A DNA stretch of 64,000 nt from Escherichia coli (GCF_003790525.1 NZ_CP033635.1), one strand, 5' to 3'; numbered from the stretch's first letter, positions 14,149 through 25,918 are shown. Notes: generated by a model not told the origin, from the letters alone. Translations and numbers: made by a program.

Positions 14149-15039
14149 TTAAACTCGGTGAATCACGTTTTGTTCGTCAATAAACATACAGCGATTTCTT
14201 CCGGTTTGCTTACCCTCATACATTGCCCGGTCCGCTCTTCCAATGACCACATCCAGAGGCTCTTCAGGAAATGCGCGACTCACACCTGCTGTCACGGTAA
14301 TGTTGATATGCCCTTCAGAATGTGTGATGGCATGGTTATCGACTAACTGGCAAATTCTGATACCTGCACGACATGCTTCTTCATCATTATCCGCTTTGAC
14401 AATAATGATAAATTCTTCGCCCCCGTAGCGATAAACCGTTTCGTAATCACGCGTCCAACTGGCTAAGTAAGTTGCCAGGGTGCGTAATACTACATCGCCG
14501 ATTAAATGCCCGTAGGTATCATTAACCAATTTAAATCGGTCAATATCCAACAACATTAAATAAAGATTCAGAGGCTCAGCGTTGCGTAACTGATGATCGA
14601 AGGATTCATCAAGAACCCGACGACCCGGCAATCCCGTCAAAACATCCATATTGCTACGGATCGTCAGTAAATAAATTTTGTAATCGGTTAATGCCGCAGT
14701 AAAAGAAAGCAACCCTTCCTGAAAAGCGTCGAAATGCGCGTCCTGCCAGTGATTTTCAACAATAGCCAACATTAATTCCCGACCACAGTTATGCATATGT
14801 TGATGGGCAGAATCCATTAGCCGAACGTAAGGTAATTCATCGTTATCGAGTGGCCCCAGATGATCAATCCACCGACCAAACTGGCACAGTCCATAAGAAT
14901 GGTTATCCGTTATTTCTGGCTTACTGGCATCTATCGCGACCACGCTGTGAAACATACTTACCAGCCACTGGTAGTGGGCATCGATAGCCTTATTGAGATT
15001 TAACAAGATGGCATCAATTTCCGTTGTCTTCTTGATCAT
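14149..15039 (-). CDS. dgcZ: zinc-sensing diguanylate cyclase DgcZ (CZB + GGDEF)
   Basis: 296 aa; GGEEF motif present; recognised DgcZ/YdeH sequence. Confidence 0.9.
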   Translation of the reverse strand: MIKKTTEIDAILLNLNKAIDAHYQWLVSMFHSVVAIDASKPEITDNHSYGLCQFGRWIDHLGPLDNDELPYVRLMDSAHQHMHNCGRELMLAIVENHWQDAHFDAFQEGLLSFTAALTDYKIYLLTIRSNMDVLTGLPGRRVLDESFDHQLRNAEPLNLYLMLLDIDRFKLVNDTYGHLIGDVVLRTLATYLASWTRDYETVYRYGGEEFIIIVKADNDEEACRAGIRICQLVDNHAITHSEGHINITVTAGVSRAFPEEPLDVVIGRADRAMYEGKQTGRNRCMFIDEQNVIHRV

Positions 15040-15293
15040 TGCCACTCCTTTTTCACAGTTCCTTGTGCGCGCTATTCTAACGGGAGAAAAGCAAAATTAC
15101 GTCAATATTTTCATAGAAATCCGAAGTTATGAGTCATCTCTGAGATAACATTGTGATTTGAAACAAAATCAGCAGATAAAAAAGTGTTTAATTCTGTAAA
15201 TTAACTCTGCATTATCGCAATTAAAAGGATGACAAATAGCATAACCCAATACCCTAATGGCCCAGTAGTTCAGGCCATCAGGCTAATTTATTT

Positions 15294-15686
15294 TTATTTC
15301 TGCAAATGAGTGACCCGAACGACGGCCGGAGCGCTTTTCTTATCCAGACTTCCGCTAATGTTGATCATCTGGTCCGGCTGAACTTCTCGTCCATCAAAGA
15401 CTGCCGCAGGAATAACAACATTAATTTCACCGCTCTTATCGCGAAAAACGTAACGGTCTTCTCCTTTGTGAGAAATCAAATTACCGCGCAGTGAAACCGA
15501 AGCGCCATCATGCATGGTTTTTGCGAAATCAACGGTCATTTTTTTTGCATCATCGGTTCCGCGATAGCCATCTTCTATTGCATGAGGCGGCGGTGGCGCT
15601 GCATCCTGTTTTAATCCGCCCTGGTCATCTGCCAACGCATAAGGCATGACAAGAAAACTTGCTAATACAATGGCCTGAAATTTCAT
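15294..15686 (-). CDS. ydeI: periplasmic OB-fold (BOF/YgiW family) protein YdeI
   Basis: 130 aa with signal peptide. Confidence 0.8.
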
Positions 15687-15925
15687 ACTGACTCCTTAAT
15701 TGCGTTTGGTTTGACTTATTAAGTCTGGTTGCTATTTTTATAATTGCCAAATAAGAATACTGCCAATTGTTATAAGGCATTTAAAATCAGGCTACTAGAT
15801 GTCAAATATTCAGAGAATTTAACTCACTAAAGTTAAGAAGATTGAAGAGTCTTAAACATATTTCAGAACAATCAGATTTATAAATTTGAAAATTATTATA
15901 ACGGAAGAGTATACAAAAAAGTAAT

Positions 15926-16003
15926 TTTGCTGGCGACTGCGAAACGGCATTCGCATTAGCGGTGAAGTTTGCCCTCGCCCAGCTGCTGCAATTACTGCTA
16001 TAA
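15926..16003 (+). pseudogene. ydeJ: 3' remnant of ydeJ (CinA/PncC C-terminal-domain paralog); 5' part replaced by AT-rich sequence
   Basis: short in-frame tail FAGDCETAFALAVKFALAQLLQLLL* matching a CinA-like C-terminus; only about 360 bp between ydeI and dcp. Confidence 0.45.
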
Positions 16004-16047
16004 CGAGGCTGGTCTGGCGATAAATCCAGGCCAGCCATTGGTGGTGT

Positions 16048-18093
16048 TTATACGTTCAAGCCACGATGTTGCAGCATCGGCATAATCTGAGGTGCCTTAC
16101 CGCGCCATTGTCGATACAGGCGTTCCAGATCCTCGCTGTTACCTCTGGAAAGGATCGCCTCGCGAAAACGCAGCCCATTTTCACGCGTTAATCCGCCCTG
16201 CTCAACAAACCACTGATAACCATCATCGGCCAACATTTGCGTCCACAGATAAGCGTAATAACCCGCGGCATATCCGCCACCAAAAATATGGGCGAAATAA
16301 CTGCTGCGATAGCGTGGCGGTATAGCGGGAAGATCCATATTTTCCGCCACCAGCGCCCGCAATTCAAAATCATCGACATCCTGCATTGCTTCGTTTTCTT
16401 CCAGGCAATGCCAGCGCATATCGAGAAGTGCGGCGCTAAGCAGTTCGCTCATCTCATACCCTTTGTTGAACAGGCTGGCATTACGCATTTTCTGTTGCAG
16501 TTCGTCAGGCATTGCTGCCCCGCTCTGATAATGCCGGGCGTAGCGAGCGAATACCTGCGGATGTGTTGCCCAGTGTTCGTTGATTTGCGACGGAAATTCG
16601 ACAAAATCACGCGGCGTGTTGGTGCCGGAAAGCGTGGCATAACGCTGGCGGGCAAAAAGGCCGTGCAGCGTATGACCAAATTCATGGAATAAGGTTATTA
16701 CATCATCCCAGAGTAACAACGCAGGCTCACCGGCAGCGGGTTTCTGATAATTGCAGACGTTATAAATTACCGGATGCGTTTCATTAAGCGTTGATTGCTC
16801 AACAAAATTGCCCATCCATGCACCGCCGCTTTTTGAATCACGGGCGAAGAAATCACCGTAAAATAACGCCAGCCCCACGCCATTATGATCAAAAATTTCC
16901 CACACCCGAACGTCAGGATGGTAGACAGGAATATCAAAACGTTCGACAAACTTAATACCGAAGAGCTGATTCGCGGTCCAGAATACACCTTCATTCAACA
17001 CCGTGTTTAATTCAAAATATGGCTTGAGCTGCGATTCATCGAGATCGAATTTCTCACGTCTTACCTGCTCGGCATAAAATGCCCAGTCCCACGGCTGCGC
17101 GCTAAACCCGCCCTGCTGCTTATCAATAATCGCCTGTATGGAGGCTAACTCATCGCTCGCACGTTGACGCGCCGCTGGAACAATTTCCCGCATAAAGTTG
17201 AGCGCTGCTTCTGGCGTTTTTGCCATCTGATCGGCGATTTTCCATGCGGCATAATGAGGAAAACCAAGCAGTTTCGCCTGCTGCGCGCGGATCTCCACCA
17301 GACGTTGAATGATAGCGCGGGTGTCATTGGCATCATTTTTTTCCGCTCGCATCCAGCCCGCAGTAAACAGTTTTTCACGCGTCGCGCGATCGCACAGTTC
17401 AGCAAGCGCTGGTTGTTGGGTGGTATTCAGCAGCGGAATCAGCCATTTGTTATACAGACCTTTCTCGCGAGCCGCCTCTGCCGCCAGCACAATCTCTTGC
17501 TCACTCATTCCTGCCAGCTGCGCGATATCGTTCACAACCAGACCGCCGGATTTATTTGCTGCCAGTAACCGCTGGTTAAACTGGCTGGTCAGGGTCGCAG
17601 CTTCTGTATTCAGTACTTTTAATTTTGCTTTATCAGCTTGCTTAAGTTTGGCTCCGGCAAGGACAAAACGTTGATGAATCACCTCCACCAGGCGGATGGA
17701 TTCACTATCAAGCCCCAGGGATTCACGGCGCTGCCAGACAGCATCTACCCGCGCGAATAATTCCCCGTTCAGATAGATATCATTCGCAAGTTCCGCCAGT
17801 TCAGCGGAAAACTGTTCATCAAGACGCTGTAATTCATCATTGGTATGCGCCGCAGTCATCGCAAAAAAGACGCTGGTAACGCGGGTAAGTAATTCTCCGC
17901 TTTGTTCCAGTGCCAGAATAGTATTGTTGAAATCAGGTGTTTGCGGGTTAAGCGCGATGGCAGCAATTTCTGCCCGCTTTTGCTGCATTCCCTCATCGAA
18001 TGCCGGGCGATAGTGATGATTGGCAATTTGATCAAAATGGGGAGCCAGATACGGCAGTGTGCTTTGCACAAGGAAAGGATTCATTGTTGTCAT
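16048..18093 (-). CDS. dcp: dipeptidyl carboxypeptidase II (M3 family)
   Basis: 681 aa from MTTMNPFLVQS; HEFGH zinc motif. Confidence 0.92.
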   Translation of the reverse strand: MTTMNPFLVQSTLPYLAPHFDQIANHHYRPAFDEGMQQKRAEIAAIALNPQTPDFNNTILALEQSGELLTRVTSVFFAMTAAHTNDELQRLDEQFSAELAELANDIYLNGELFARVDAVWQRRESLGLDSESIRLVEVIHQRFVLAGAKLKQADKAKLKVLNTEAATLTSQFNQRLLAANKSGGLVVNDIAQLAGMSEQEIVLAAEAAREKGLYNKWLIPLLNTTQQPALAELCDRATREKLFTAGWMRAEKNDANDTRAIIQRLVEIRAQQAKLLGFPHYAAWKIADQMAKTPEAALNFMREIVPAARQRASDELASIQAIIDKQQGGFSAQPWDWAFYAEQVRREKFDLDESQLKPYFELNTVLNEGVFWTANQLFGIKFVERFDIPVYHPDVRVWEIFDHNGVGLALFYGDFFARDSKSGGAWMGNFVEQSTLNETHPVIYNVCNYQKPAAGEPALLLWDDVITLFHEFGHTLHGLFARQRYATLSGTNTPRDFVEFPSQINEHWATHPQVFARYARHYQSGAAMPDELQQKMRNASLFNKGYEMSELLSAALLDMRWHCLEENEAMQDVDDFELRALVAENMDLPAIPPRYRSSYFAHIFGGGYAAGYYAYLWTQMLADDGYQWFVEQGGLTRENGLRFREAILSRGNSEDLERLYRQWRGKAPQIMPMLQHRGLNV

Positions 18094-18229
18094 TTTCTTC
18101 TCCTGAACGCGAGGTGTTCCATAGCGTAGGCTTACTGATAACGGAGTGCAATCTTGCAAACCAGTATTACCCGCTCTTAAGCATCACGTGCTATGTTATT
18201 GACACACAAAAGCGTTGAGGAACAGTGAG

Positions 18230-18976
18230 ATGATCGTTTTAGTAACTGGAGCAACGGCAGGTTTTGGTGAATGCATTACTCGTCGTTTTATTCAACAAGG
18301 GCATAAAGTTATCGCCACTGGCCGTCGCCAGGAGCGGTTGCAGGAGTTAAAAGACGAACTGGGAGATAATCTGTATATCGCCCAACTGGACGTTCGCAAC
18401 CGCGCCGCTATTGAAGAGATGCTGGCATCGCTTCCTGCCGAGTGGTGCAATATTGATATCCTGGTAAATAATGCCGGTCTGGCGTTGGGCATGGAGCCTG
18501 CGCATAAAGCCAGCGTTGAAGACTGGGAAACGATGATTGATACCAACAACAAAGGCCTGGTATATATGACGCGCGCCGTCTTACCGGGTATGGTTGAACG
18601 TAATTATGGTCATATTATTAACATTGGCTCAACGGCAGGCAGCTGGCCGTATGCCGGTGGTAACGTTTACGGTGCGACGAAAGCGTTTGTTCGTCAGTTT
18701 AGCCTGAATCTGCGTACGGACCTGCATGGTACGGCGGTGCGCGTCACCGACATCGAACCGGGTCTGGTGGGTGGCACCGAGTTTTCCAATGTCCGCTTTA
18801 AAGGCGATGACGGTAAAGCGGAAAAAACCTATCAAAATACCGTTGCATTGACGCCAGAAGATGTCAGCGAAGCCGTCTGGTGGGTGTCAACGCTGCCTGC
18901 TCACGTCAATATCAATACCCTGGAAATGATGCCGGTTACCCAAAGCTATGCCGGACTGAATGTCCACCGTCAGTAA
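18230..18976 (+). CDS. ydfG: NADP-dependent 3-hydroxy acid dehydrogenase (SDR)
   Basis: 248 aa, TGATAGFG Rossmann motif. Confidence 0.9.
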   Translation: MIVLVTGATAGFGECITRRFIQQGHKVIATGRRQERLQELKDELGDNLYIAQLDVRNRAAIEEMLASLPAEWCNIDILVNNAGLALGMEPAHKASVEDWETMIDTNNKGLVYMTRAVLPGMVERNYGHIINIGSTAGSWPYAGGNVYGATKAFVRQFSLNLRTDLHGTAVRVTDIEPGLVGGTEFSNVRFKGDDGKAEKTYQNTVALTPEDVSEAVWWVSTLPAHVNINTLEMMPVTQSYAGLNVHRQ

Positions 18977-19064
18977 TTTTTATACCCGGCGTAACTGCCG
19001 GGTTATTGCTTGTCACAAAAAAGTGGTAGACTCATGCAGTTAACTCACTCACAAGCAAGAACGA

Positions 19065-19751
19065 ATGACCGTCGAAACGCAACTTAATCCCACACAGCCT
19101 GTCAATCAGCAGATTTATCGTATTCTTCGTCGCGACATTGTCCATTGCCTGATTGCTCCAGGCACACCGTTGTCGGAAAAAGAAGTTTCTGTTCGTTTCA
19201 ATGTGTCACGCCAGCCGGTTCGTGAAGCCTTTATTAAACTGGCGGAAAACGGCCTGATTCAAATTCGTCCGCAGCGTGGCAGCTACGTCAACAAAATTTC
19301 CATGGCCCAGGTGCGCAACGGCAGTTTTATCCGTCAGGCCATTGAGTGCGCGGTGGCGCGTCGGGCGGCGAGCATGATTACCGAAAGCCAGTGCTACCAA
19401 CTGGAACAAAATCTTCACCAGCAACGCATTGCCATTGAGCGCAAGCAACTGGATGATTTTTTTGAACTTGATGACAACTTCCATCAACTCCTGACCCAGA
19501 TTGCCGACTGTCAACTGGCGTGGGATACCATTGAGAACCTGAAAGCGACCGTTGATCGCGTGCGCTATATGAGTTTCGACCACGTTTCTCCACCAGAAAT
19601 GCTGTTACGCCAGCATCTTGAGATTTTCTCTGCCCTGCAAAAACGTGATGGCGATGCGGTAGAACGTGCAATGACGCAACATTTGCAGGAAATCAGCGAA
19701 TCCGTGCGCCAGATCCGTCAGGAAAACAGCGACTGGTTTAGCGAAGAGTAA
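19065..19751 (+). CDS. rspR: GntR/FadR-family regulator RspR (YdfH)
   Basis: 228 aa, GntR HTH + FCD domain. Confidence 0.85.
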   Translation: MTVETQLNPTQPVNQQIYRILRRDIVHCLIAPGTPLSEKEVSVRFNVSRQPVREAFIKLAENGLIQIRPQRGSYVNKISMAQVRNGSFIRQAIECAVARRAASMITESQCYQLEQNLHQQRIAIERKQLDDFFELDDNFHQLLTQIADCQLAWDTIENLKATVDRVRYMSFDHVSPPEMLLRQHLEIFSALQKRDGDAVERAMTQHLQEISESVRQIRQENSDWFSEE

Positions 19752-19927
19752 TTCATTTCCTCTCATCCCATCCGGGGTGAGAGTTTTTCCCTCCGTCATA
19801 TGGCTCATGCATGCATCAAAAAAGATGTGAGCTTGATCAAAAACAAAAAATATTTCACTCGACAGGAGTATTTATATTGCGCCCGTTACGTGGGCTTCGA
19901 CTGTAAATCAGAAAGGAGAAAACACCT

Positions 19928-20131
19928 ATGACGACCTACGATCGTAACCGTAACGCAATCACCACTGGCAGCCGTGTTATGGTTAGCGGCACCGGTCACA
20001 CTGGCAAGATCCTGTCGATTGATACTGAAGGTCTGACCGCTGAGCAAATCCGTCGCGGAAAAACCGTAGTTGTTGAAGGTTGTGAAGAGAAACTGGCACC
20101 TCTGGACCTGATTCGTCTCGGCATGAACTAA
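19928..20131 (+). CDS. ydfZ: small protein YdfZ
   Basis: 67 aa with good RBS. Confidence 0.8.
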
Positions 20132-20166
20132 GCGTGTGAATGCCGCCGATGGCGGCATTGCTTTTT

Positions 20167-21627
20167 TTACTTCACGGAATATTTCGCCACGGTCGCTTTC
20201 GCACCATGCGCTAATAAAGACAAGTACGCTTCCGTCACTTTTGCAGTAAACAAGCTATTGTCTGGCAAATCATCACCAAAGATCGCCTTAATCGCCAGCA
20301 ATGACTGGACGCGCGCTTTCCCTTCGGCACTACTTTGTACAGCCTTCTGAATAACAGGTAACAGTGGATCACTGATTTCAATCGGATTTCCCTGTTCATC
20401 AACACCACCGACATAGCGCATCCAACCCGCGACGCCCAGCGCCAGCAGATCGAACTTGCTGTCATGCGCCAGATGCCAGCGAACAGAATCCAACATCCGC
20501 TGTGGCAATTTCTGGCTGCCATCCATCGCAATCTGCCAGGTTCGGTGACGTAGCGCCGGGTTGCTATAGCGTTCAATTAATCGGTTAGCGTAATCTTGCA
20601 AATCAACGCCCTGCACTTTCAACGTCGGCGCTTGTTCCTGCAACATCAAGGCATACGCTGCATGACGATAATGTTCATCTTCCATGCAGTCATTAATGTG
20701 CTGATATCCGGCAAGATAACCCAGATACGCCAGGAATGAATGACTGCCGTTGAGCATGCGCAACTTCATCTCTTCATAAGGCAGCACATCACTAACCAGT
20801 TCGGCTCCCGCTTTTTCCCATTCCGGACGTCCGGCAACAAAGTTATCTTCTATTACCCACTGGCGGAAAGGTTCACAGGCAACGCCAGCAGGATCGCGCA
20901 CACCGGTAAGTTGTTCGATTTTCGCCAGCGTATCCTCTGTCACTGCGGGCACAATACGGTCCACCATTGTTGATGGGAAAGTCACGTTTTCTTCGATCCA
21001 TTGTGCCAGTTTTACATCAACAGCTTGCGCGTAGGAAGTGACAACGTCACGCATAACATGACCGTTTTCTGGCATGTTGTCACATGACATGACGGTAAAT
21101 GCGGGAAGTCCTGCCGCTTTACGGCGAGCCAGCGCCTCGACAATCACCCCTGTTGCAGTTTTCGGCTGGTGGGGATTTTGTACGTCGGCAACGACCATCG
21201 GGTGATCGAGCATTAACTGTCCGGTCGCCGGAGAGTGGAAATACCCTTTTTCGGTGATTGTCAGAGAGACAATCGCGATTTGCGGTTCACACATCGCAGC
21301 CAACACGGTTTCTAAGCCATCAATCTGTACGTGCAAGGCTTTTTTAACGACGCCAACGACGCGAGCCGTCCACGCATCGGCCGACATTTCCGCAACGGTA
21401 TAAAGATTATCTTGCTGTTGTAAATCGGCAATTTGCTGTTCGCCGCCGATTAAATTGACCTCATAATATCCCCAGTCACTGAAATGTTCCGTAGCAAGAA
21501 TATCGGCATACACACCCTGATGCGCACGGTGAAATGCACCAAAGCCTAAATGAACAATTCTTGGGGCCAGGTTATTACGATCATAAACAGGGAGCGTCGC
21601 TTTTGCTGATAACAAATTATTTCCCAT
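20167..21627 (-). CDS. ydfI: mannitol-dehydrogenase-family oxidoreductase YdfI
   Basis: 486 aa, long-chain mannitol/mannonate dehydrogenase family. Confidence 0.85.
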   Translation of the reverse strand: MGNNLLSAKATLPVYDRNNLAPRIVHLGFGAFHRAHQGVYADILATEHFSDWGYYEVNLIGGEQQIADLQQQDNLYTVAEMSADAWTARVVGVVKKALHVQIDGLETVLAAMCEPQIAIVSLTITEKGYFHSPATGQLMLDHPMVVADVQNPHQPKTATGVIVEALARRKAAGLPAFTVMSCDNMPENGHVMRDVVTSYAQAVDVKLAQWIEENVTFPSTMVDRIVPAVTEDTLAKIEQLTGVRDPAGVACEPFRQWVIEDNFVAGRPEWEKAGAELVSDVLPYEEMKLRMLNGSHSFLAYLGYLAGYQHINDCMEDEHYRHAAYALMLQEQAPTLKVQGVDLQDYANRLIERYSNPALRHRTWQIAMDGSQKLPQRMLDSVRWHLAHDSKFDLLALGVAGWMRYVGGVDEQGNPIEISDPLLPVIQKAVQSSAEGKARVQSLLAIKAIFGDDLPDNSLFTAKVTEAYLSLLAHGAKATVAKYSVK

Positions 21628-21715
21628 AACAATTCCTTAAATATAAATATGGCAAGCTACATGTTTTGTTATATGAATAAAAATCCCCTCTCCGGTAAGA
21701 GAAGGGATGGAGGAT

Positions 21716-23083
21716 TTAAAGACTTCTGGAAGGTTGCGCAGCTCTGACAACATGCGGTTGATCTTCCGCAGCGTCTTCCAGCGCACTTAAATCACGGTCT
21801 TTCACTTCTGGCATTTTCAGCGCAGAAATTAAACCAATCACTGAATATGCCATGATCATAATTGCGATCGGATACCAGGATTCCGTCATGGTGCAGAAAA
21901 TACCCGCCAGGATAGGACCAAAACCGGAAGCGATAAGACCACCAATTTCTTTAGAAATGGCCATCCGGGTAAAGCGGTTTTTACAGCCGAACATTTCTGC
22001 CATGGTAATGTTTTCCAGAGCAAATAATCCCAGCACCGCACAGTTATGAATCACAATCAGTGCAACCATAATGGTGCTCGGGGCATAGCTTTTATCTACG
22101 ATGATAGAAAGCATTGGCCATGCCAGCACAATCGCAGAGGTATTCATAATAATATACGGGATCCGGCGACCAATTTTATCGGATAACCAACCAAGGAACG
22201 GAATGGTCATAAAGCCGAGAATCGAACTGATCATCAATGCATCTGTTGGAATTGCTTTGTTAAACAATAACGTCTGCACTAAATAGCCTGCAAGGAAAGT
22301 CTGAATTAAACCTGAGTTACCAGCCTGACCAAAACGCAGCCCTGTTGCCAGCCAGAAGGATTTGCTCTGGAACATGCTACCAGCAGGTGCAGGTTTTGCT
22401 GTAGGTTGGTTGCTGTCGTTAACCTTCTCAAAGACCGGGCTTTCTTTCAGATTCATACGCAACCAGATAGCAAAGACCATCACGACAACGCTCGCCAGGA
22501 ACGGTATACGCCATCCCCACGCCAACAGTTCCTCTTTACTGAGAATGAAGAACATAAAGGCCCAGATTGCCGTTGCGCTCAAGGTTCCGCAGTTAGTCCC
22601 CATAGCAACAAATGAGGAGATAATTCCGCGCTTACCTTTTGGCGCATATTCCGCCAGCATCGTACCGGCACCGGAAATTTCCGCGCCTGCCCCCAGCCCC
22701 TGAATAATACGCAGCGTCACCAGCAAAATTGGCGCAAACACACCAATTTGTGCATAGGTCGGCAGCACACCAATTAAGGTGGTACAGATCCCCATCATAG
22801 TTATGGTAATAAAGAGCACTTTTTTACGCCCGATTCTGTCGCCCATTTTGCCGAAAATAAATGCTCCGACAATACGCGCCACATAACCTGCACCGTAGGT
22901 TCCCATTGCCAGAATTAACGCCATTGCCGTTGATGATTCAGGAAAAAATATTTCATGAAACACTAACGCTGCGCCGAGCGAATATAACTGGAAATCCATA
23001 AATTCAAGCGCAGTGCCCAGCCATCCCGATACTGCTGCTTTCACCAAATCCTTAGTGCTTCTTTCGTGTTTTTCTATTGTCAT
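21716..23083 (-). CDS. ydfJ: MFS metabolite:H+ symporter YdfJ (intact)
   Basis: 455 aa ProP-like MFS transporter, uninterrupted. Confidence 0.8.
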   Translation of the reverse strand: MTIEKHERSTKDLVKAAVSGWLGTALEFMDFQLYSLGAALVFHEIFFPESSTAMALILAMGTYGAGYVARIVGAFIFGKMGDRIGRKKVLFITITMMGICTTLIGVLPTYAQIGVFAPILLVTLRIIQGLGAGAEISGAGTMLAEYAPKGKRGIISSFVAMGTNCGTLSATAIWAFMFFILSKEELLAWGWRIPFLASVVVMVFAIWLRMNLKESPVFEKVNDSNQPTAKPAPAGSMFQSKSFWLATGLRFGQAGNSGLIQTFLAGYLVQTLLFNKAIPTDALMISSILGFMTIPFLGWLSDKIGRRIPYIIMNTSAIVLAWPMLSIIVDKSYAPSTIMVALIVIHNCAVLGLFALENITMAEMFGCKNRFTRMAISKEIGGLIASGFGPILAGIFCTMTESWYPIAIMIMAYSVIGLISALKMPEVKDRDLSALEDAAEDQPHVVRAAQPSRSL

Positions 23084-23140
23084 AATGGTTATCTCTAAAA
23101 AAGAGGTAAGATGCGTACTACTTACTCGCCGTTATTGGTA

Positions 23141-24160
23141 TTATTCAGAAAAAGTGAGTAAGACTTTGCAGCAATGCTTTTGATCCTGTTCAAATAAACT
23201 AATGGCATCAGCAACATGCTGGAAATCAAACGTATGGGTAATTAGTTTTTCTGGTTTAATTAACCCTTTACTTAACCAGTCGATAACGACCGGGAATTTA
23301 TTTGCATTTAAGCGTGAAGAGAAAATAGAGAGTTCTTTTCCGGTAATTCCTTGCTGAATCACTTCAGACGGTTCACTGGAGAAGCCCATCAATACAATAC
23401 GTGCCGCTGGAGAAGCCAGCGTTACGGCTTCTTTCAGGATTGAAGGATGACAAGCCGCATCGATAATTAATGTCGGCTTGATGCCTTTTTCAGCGAAACT
23501 CTCGCTAAGCGGTGTCTGGCTGTTATTAATCGCCCAGTCTGCCCCGCTCTCTTTCGCTTTTTCCAGTCGTTCATCAATGCGATCGGCAACAATCACATTC
23601 TTAACGTTATAGACGCCTTTTAATACCTGAACGATCGTCAGGCCGATTGGACCTGCACCGTAAACCAGAACGGTATCATTTTCAGTCGGTTGACCATGAC
23701 CGGTAACGTTAGCCGCAATGGTAAAAGGTTCAATCATCACCGCATATTGATCGGCCACTGCTTCAGGAATTTTCCACGCATTTTTTGCCGGCACCACGGC
23801 ATATTCACTGAAACCACCGTCAGCGTGCACACCTAATACAGCCAGTGTCGTACAAACGTTCGGCTTACCTATAGAGCACGGATAGCAATGCCCACAGCTG
23901 ACCACCGGATCGACAGCAACGCGTTCACCGACTCTGTCGCTTTCCACGCCTTCACCCACTGCATCAATGACGCCAAAGAATTCATGTCCAATGACGCGCG
24001 GATATTTCGCAAAAGGATTATGCCCACGATAAATATGGCTATCTGAACCACAAATTCCGGCAAGTTTCACTTTTACTCGTACTTCACCCGCTGACGGGGT
24101 GGGTATTTCGCGTTCGATAATTGCCAGTTGATTCGGTTTTTCAATTAAAATGCTTTTCAT
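23141..24160 (-). CDS. rspB: starvation-sensing zinc-dependent dehydrogenase RspB
   Basis: 339 aa MDR/ADH family from MKSILIEKPN. Confidence 0.88.
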   Translation of the reverse strand: MKSILIEKPNQLAIIEREIPTPSAGEVRVKVKLAGICGSDSHIYRGHNPFAKYPRVIGHEFFGVIDAVGEGVESDRVGERVAVDPVVSCGHCYPCSIGKPNVCTTLAVLGVHADGGFSEYAVVPAKNAWKIPEAVADQYAVMIEPFTIAANVTGHGQPTENDTVLVYGAGPIGLTIVQVLKGVYNVKNVIVADRIDERLEKAKESGADWAINNSQTPLSESFAEKGIKPTLIIDAACHPSILKEAVTLASPAARIVLMGFSSEPSEVIQQGITGKELSIFSSRLNANKFPVVIDWLSKGLIKPEKLITHTFDFQHVADAISLFEQDQKHCCKVLLTFSE

Positions 24161-24171
24161 TATCTTACTCC

Positions 24172-25386
24172 TTACCAGTTCCACAGCGTGCCATCTTCCA
24201 GACGTGCGACTGGCAGATAAGCAGGTTCATAGGGATATTTCGCCGCCAGCTTTTCATCGAATTCGATGCCAAGACCCGGTTTGTCTCCCGGATGCATATA
24301 GCCGTTATCGAAAGTCCAGTTGTGCGGGAAGACTTCAAGCATTTGTTCGGAATAACCCATGTATTCCTGGACACCGAAATTGGGGACCCACAGATCAAAG
24401 TGCAGCGCCGCAGCCATGCAGACTGGCGACAAATCGGAAGGACCGTGTGAGCCAGTACGTACCTGATACAGCGAAGCAAAATCGGCAATCCGGCGCATAC
24501 CGGTAATCCCCCCCGCGTGAGTCAGCGTGGTGCGGATATAGTCGATGAGTTGTTCTTCAATCAGCTGTTTGCAGTCCCAGATGCTGTTGAAGACTTCACC
24601 CACTGCAATTGGCGTGACGGTGTGTTGGCGAATCAGGCGGAAACACTCCTGGTTTTCCGCAGGCGTCGGGTCTTCCATCCAGAACATGCGATAATCTTCA
24701 ATGCTTTTACCAAAGCGCGCCGCTTCAATAGGCGTTAAGCGATGGTGCATGTCATGAAGCAAATGTTCATTAAAACCAAACTTGTTACGTACCGCGTCAA
24801 ACAATTTCGGCATGAAATCGAGGTATTTCTCCGTCGACCACAGCTGCTCTTCCGGCCACTGTCCTTTGGTTGCGGGTTCATAAGCCAGACCTTTACCTTT
24901 CGACATGCCATAGGTGGTTTTCATACCAGGGATTCCGCACTGCACGCGGATGGCTTTGAATCCCAGCTCCTGATGACGGGCATAATCATCCAGAGCTTCA
25001 TCAATACTGTGACCGGTGGTATGGCAATAAACCATCACCCCTTCACGAGACGCGCCGCCGAGTAACTGGTAAAGCGGCATGTCGGCAGCTTTGGCTTTAA
25101 TATCCCACAGCGCCATATCAACCGCTGAAATGGCCGACATCGTAACCGGACCGCGACGCCAGTAAGCACCTTTATAGAAAAACTGCCAGATATCTTCGAT
25201 ACGGTGTGCATCGCGACCAATAAGCTGCGGACAAAGGTGATCCTGCAAATAAGAGGCCACGGAAAGCTCACGTCCATTTAGGGTGGCATCCCCAAGGCCC
25301 GTAATACCGTCCTCAGTGGTGATTTTTAATGTGACGAAATTACGCCCCGGACAGGTAACAAAAACTTCAGCCTTTACGATCTTCAT
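24172..25386 (-). CDS. rspA: starvation-sensing enolase-superfamily protein RspA
   Basis: 404 aa mannonate-dehydratase-like enolase from [10 protein letters not shown]. Confidence 0.88.
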   Translation of the reverse strand: MKIVKAEVFVTCPGRNFVTLKITTEDGITGLGDATLNGRELSVASYLQDHLCPQLIGRDAHRIEDIWQFFYKGAYWRRGPVTMSAISAVDMALWDIKAKAADMPLYQLLGGASREGVMVYCHTTGHSIDEALDDYARHQELGFKAIRVQCGIPGMKTTYGMSKGKGLAYEPATKGQWPEEQLWSTEKYLDFMPKLFDAVRNKFGFNEHLLHDMHHRLTPIEAARFGKSIEDYRMFWMEDPTPAENQECFRLIRQHTVTPIAVGEVFNSIWDCKQLIEEQLIDYIRTTLTHAGGITGMRRIADFASLYQVRTGSHGPSDLSPVCMAAALHFDLWVPNFGVQEYMGYSEQMLEVFPHNWTFDNGYMHPGDKPGLGIEFDEKLAAKYPYEPAYLPVARLEDGTLWNW

Positions 25387-25591
25387 GTTCGATTCCTTGC
25401 ATCGCTTGTCGTGATGCATGAAATTTACGCAACTGAGCTACTACCATACAAGTATGAAGATCAAAAAAAGCCGGAGTGATCACAAAAAAAGGCGTATATT
25501 TGCGCCGTGAATGGTTGACAAAAGATGAAATAGAATACCTTTTGTCAGCTGACACTTCCTCGTATCTTATTGATAAAATGAATTTATGTTC

Positions 25592-25918
25592 CTACGTGCG
25601 CCCCCAGCCCGCTACAATGATCAACATGCCGCAAAGCGCAATCAACGCCCCCGTCCAGTCATAAAGACTCAGTTTCACGCCATCCACAACGCGTAGCCAA
25701 ATCAACGCCGTGCAGACATAAACGCCACCATAAGCCGCGTAAACACGCCCACTCGCCGCAGGATGCAACGTTAACAACCAGACAAACAGCGCCAGTGAAA
25801 TCCCTGCCGGAAGCAACAGCCAGATACTGGCGTTTCGCTTCAACCACAGCCAGGGCAAAAAGCACCCAATAATTTCACACAGCGCAGTAGCAAAAAATAG
25901 TAACGTTGTTTTAATCAT
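25592..25918 (-). CDS. ynfA: UPF0060 inner membrane protein YnfA
   Basis: 108 aa 4-TM protein. Confidence 0.8.

Noticed and set aside
15802-16038. 78-aa minus-strand ORF between ydeI and dcp
   Set aside because: Lies in AT-rich filler and across the ydeJ remnant; no RBS or family resemblance.
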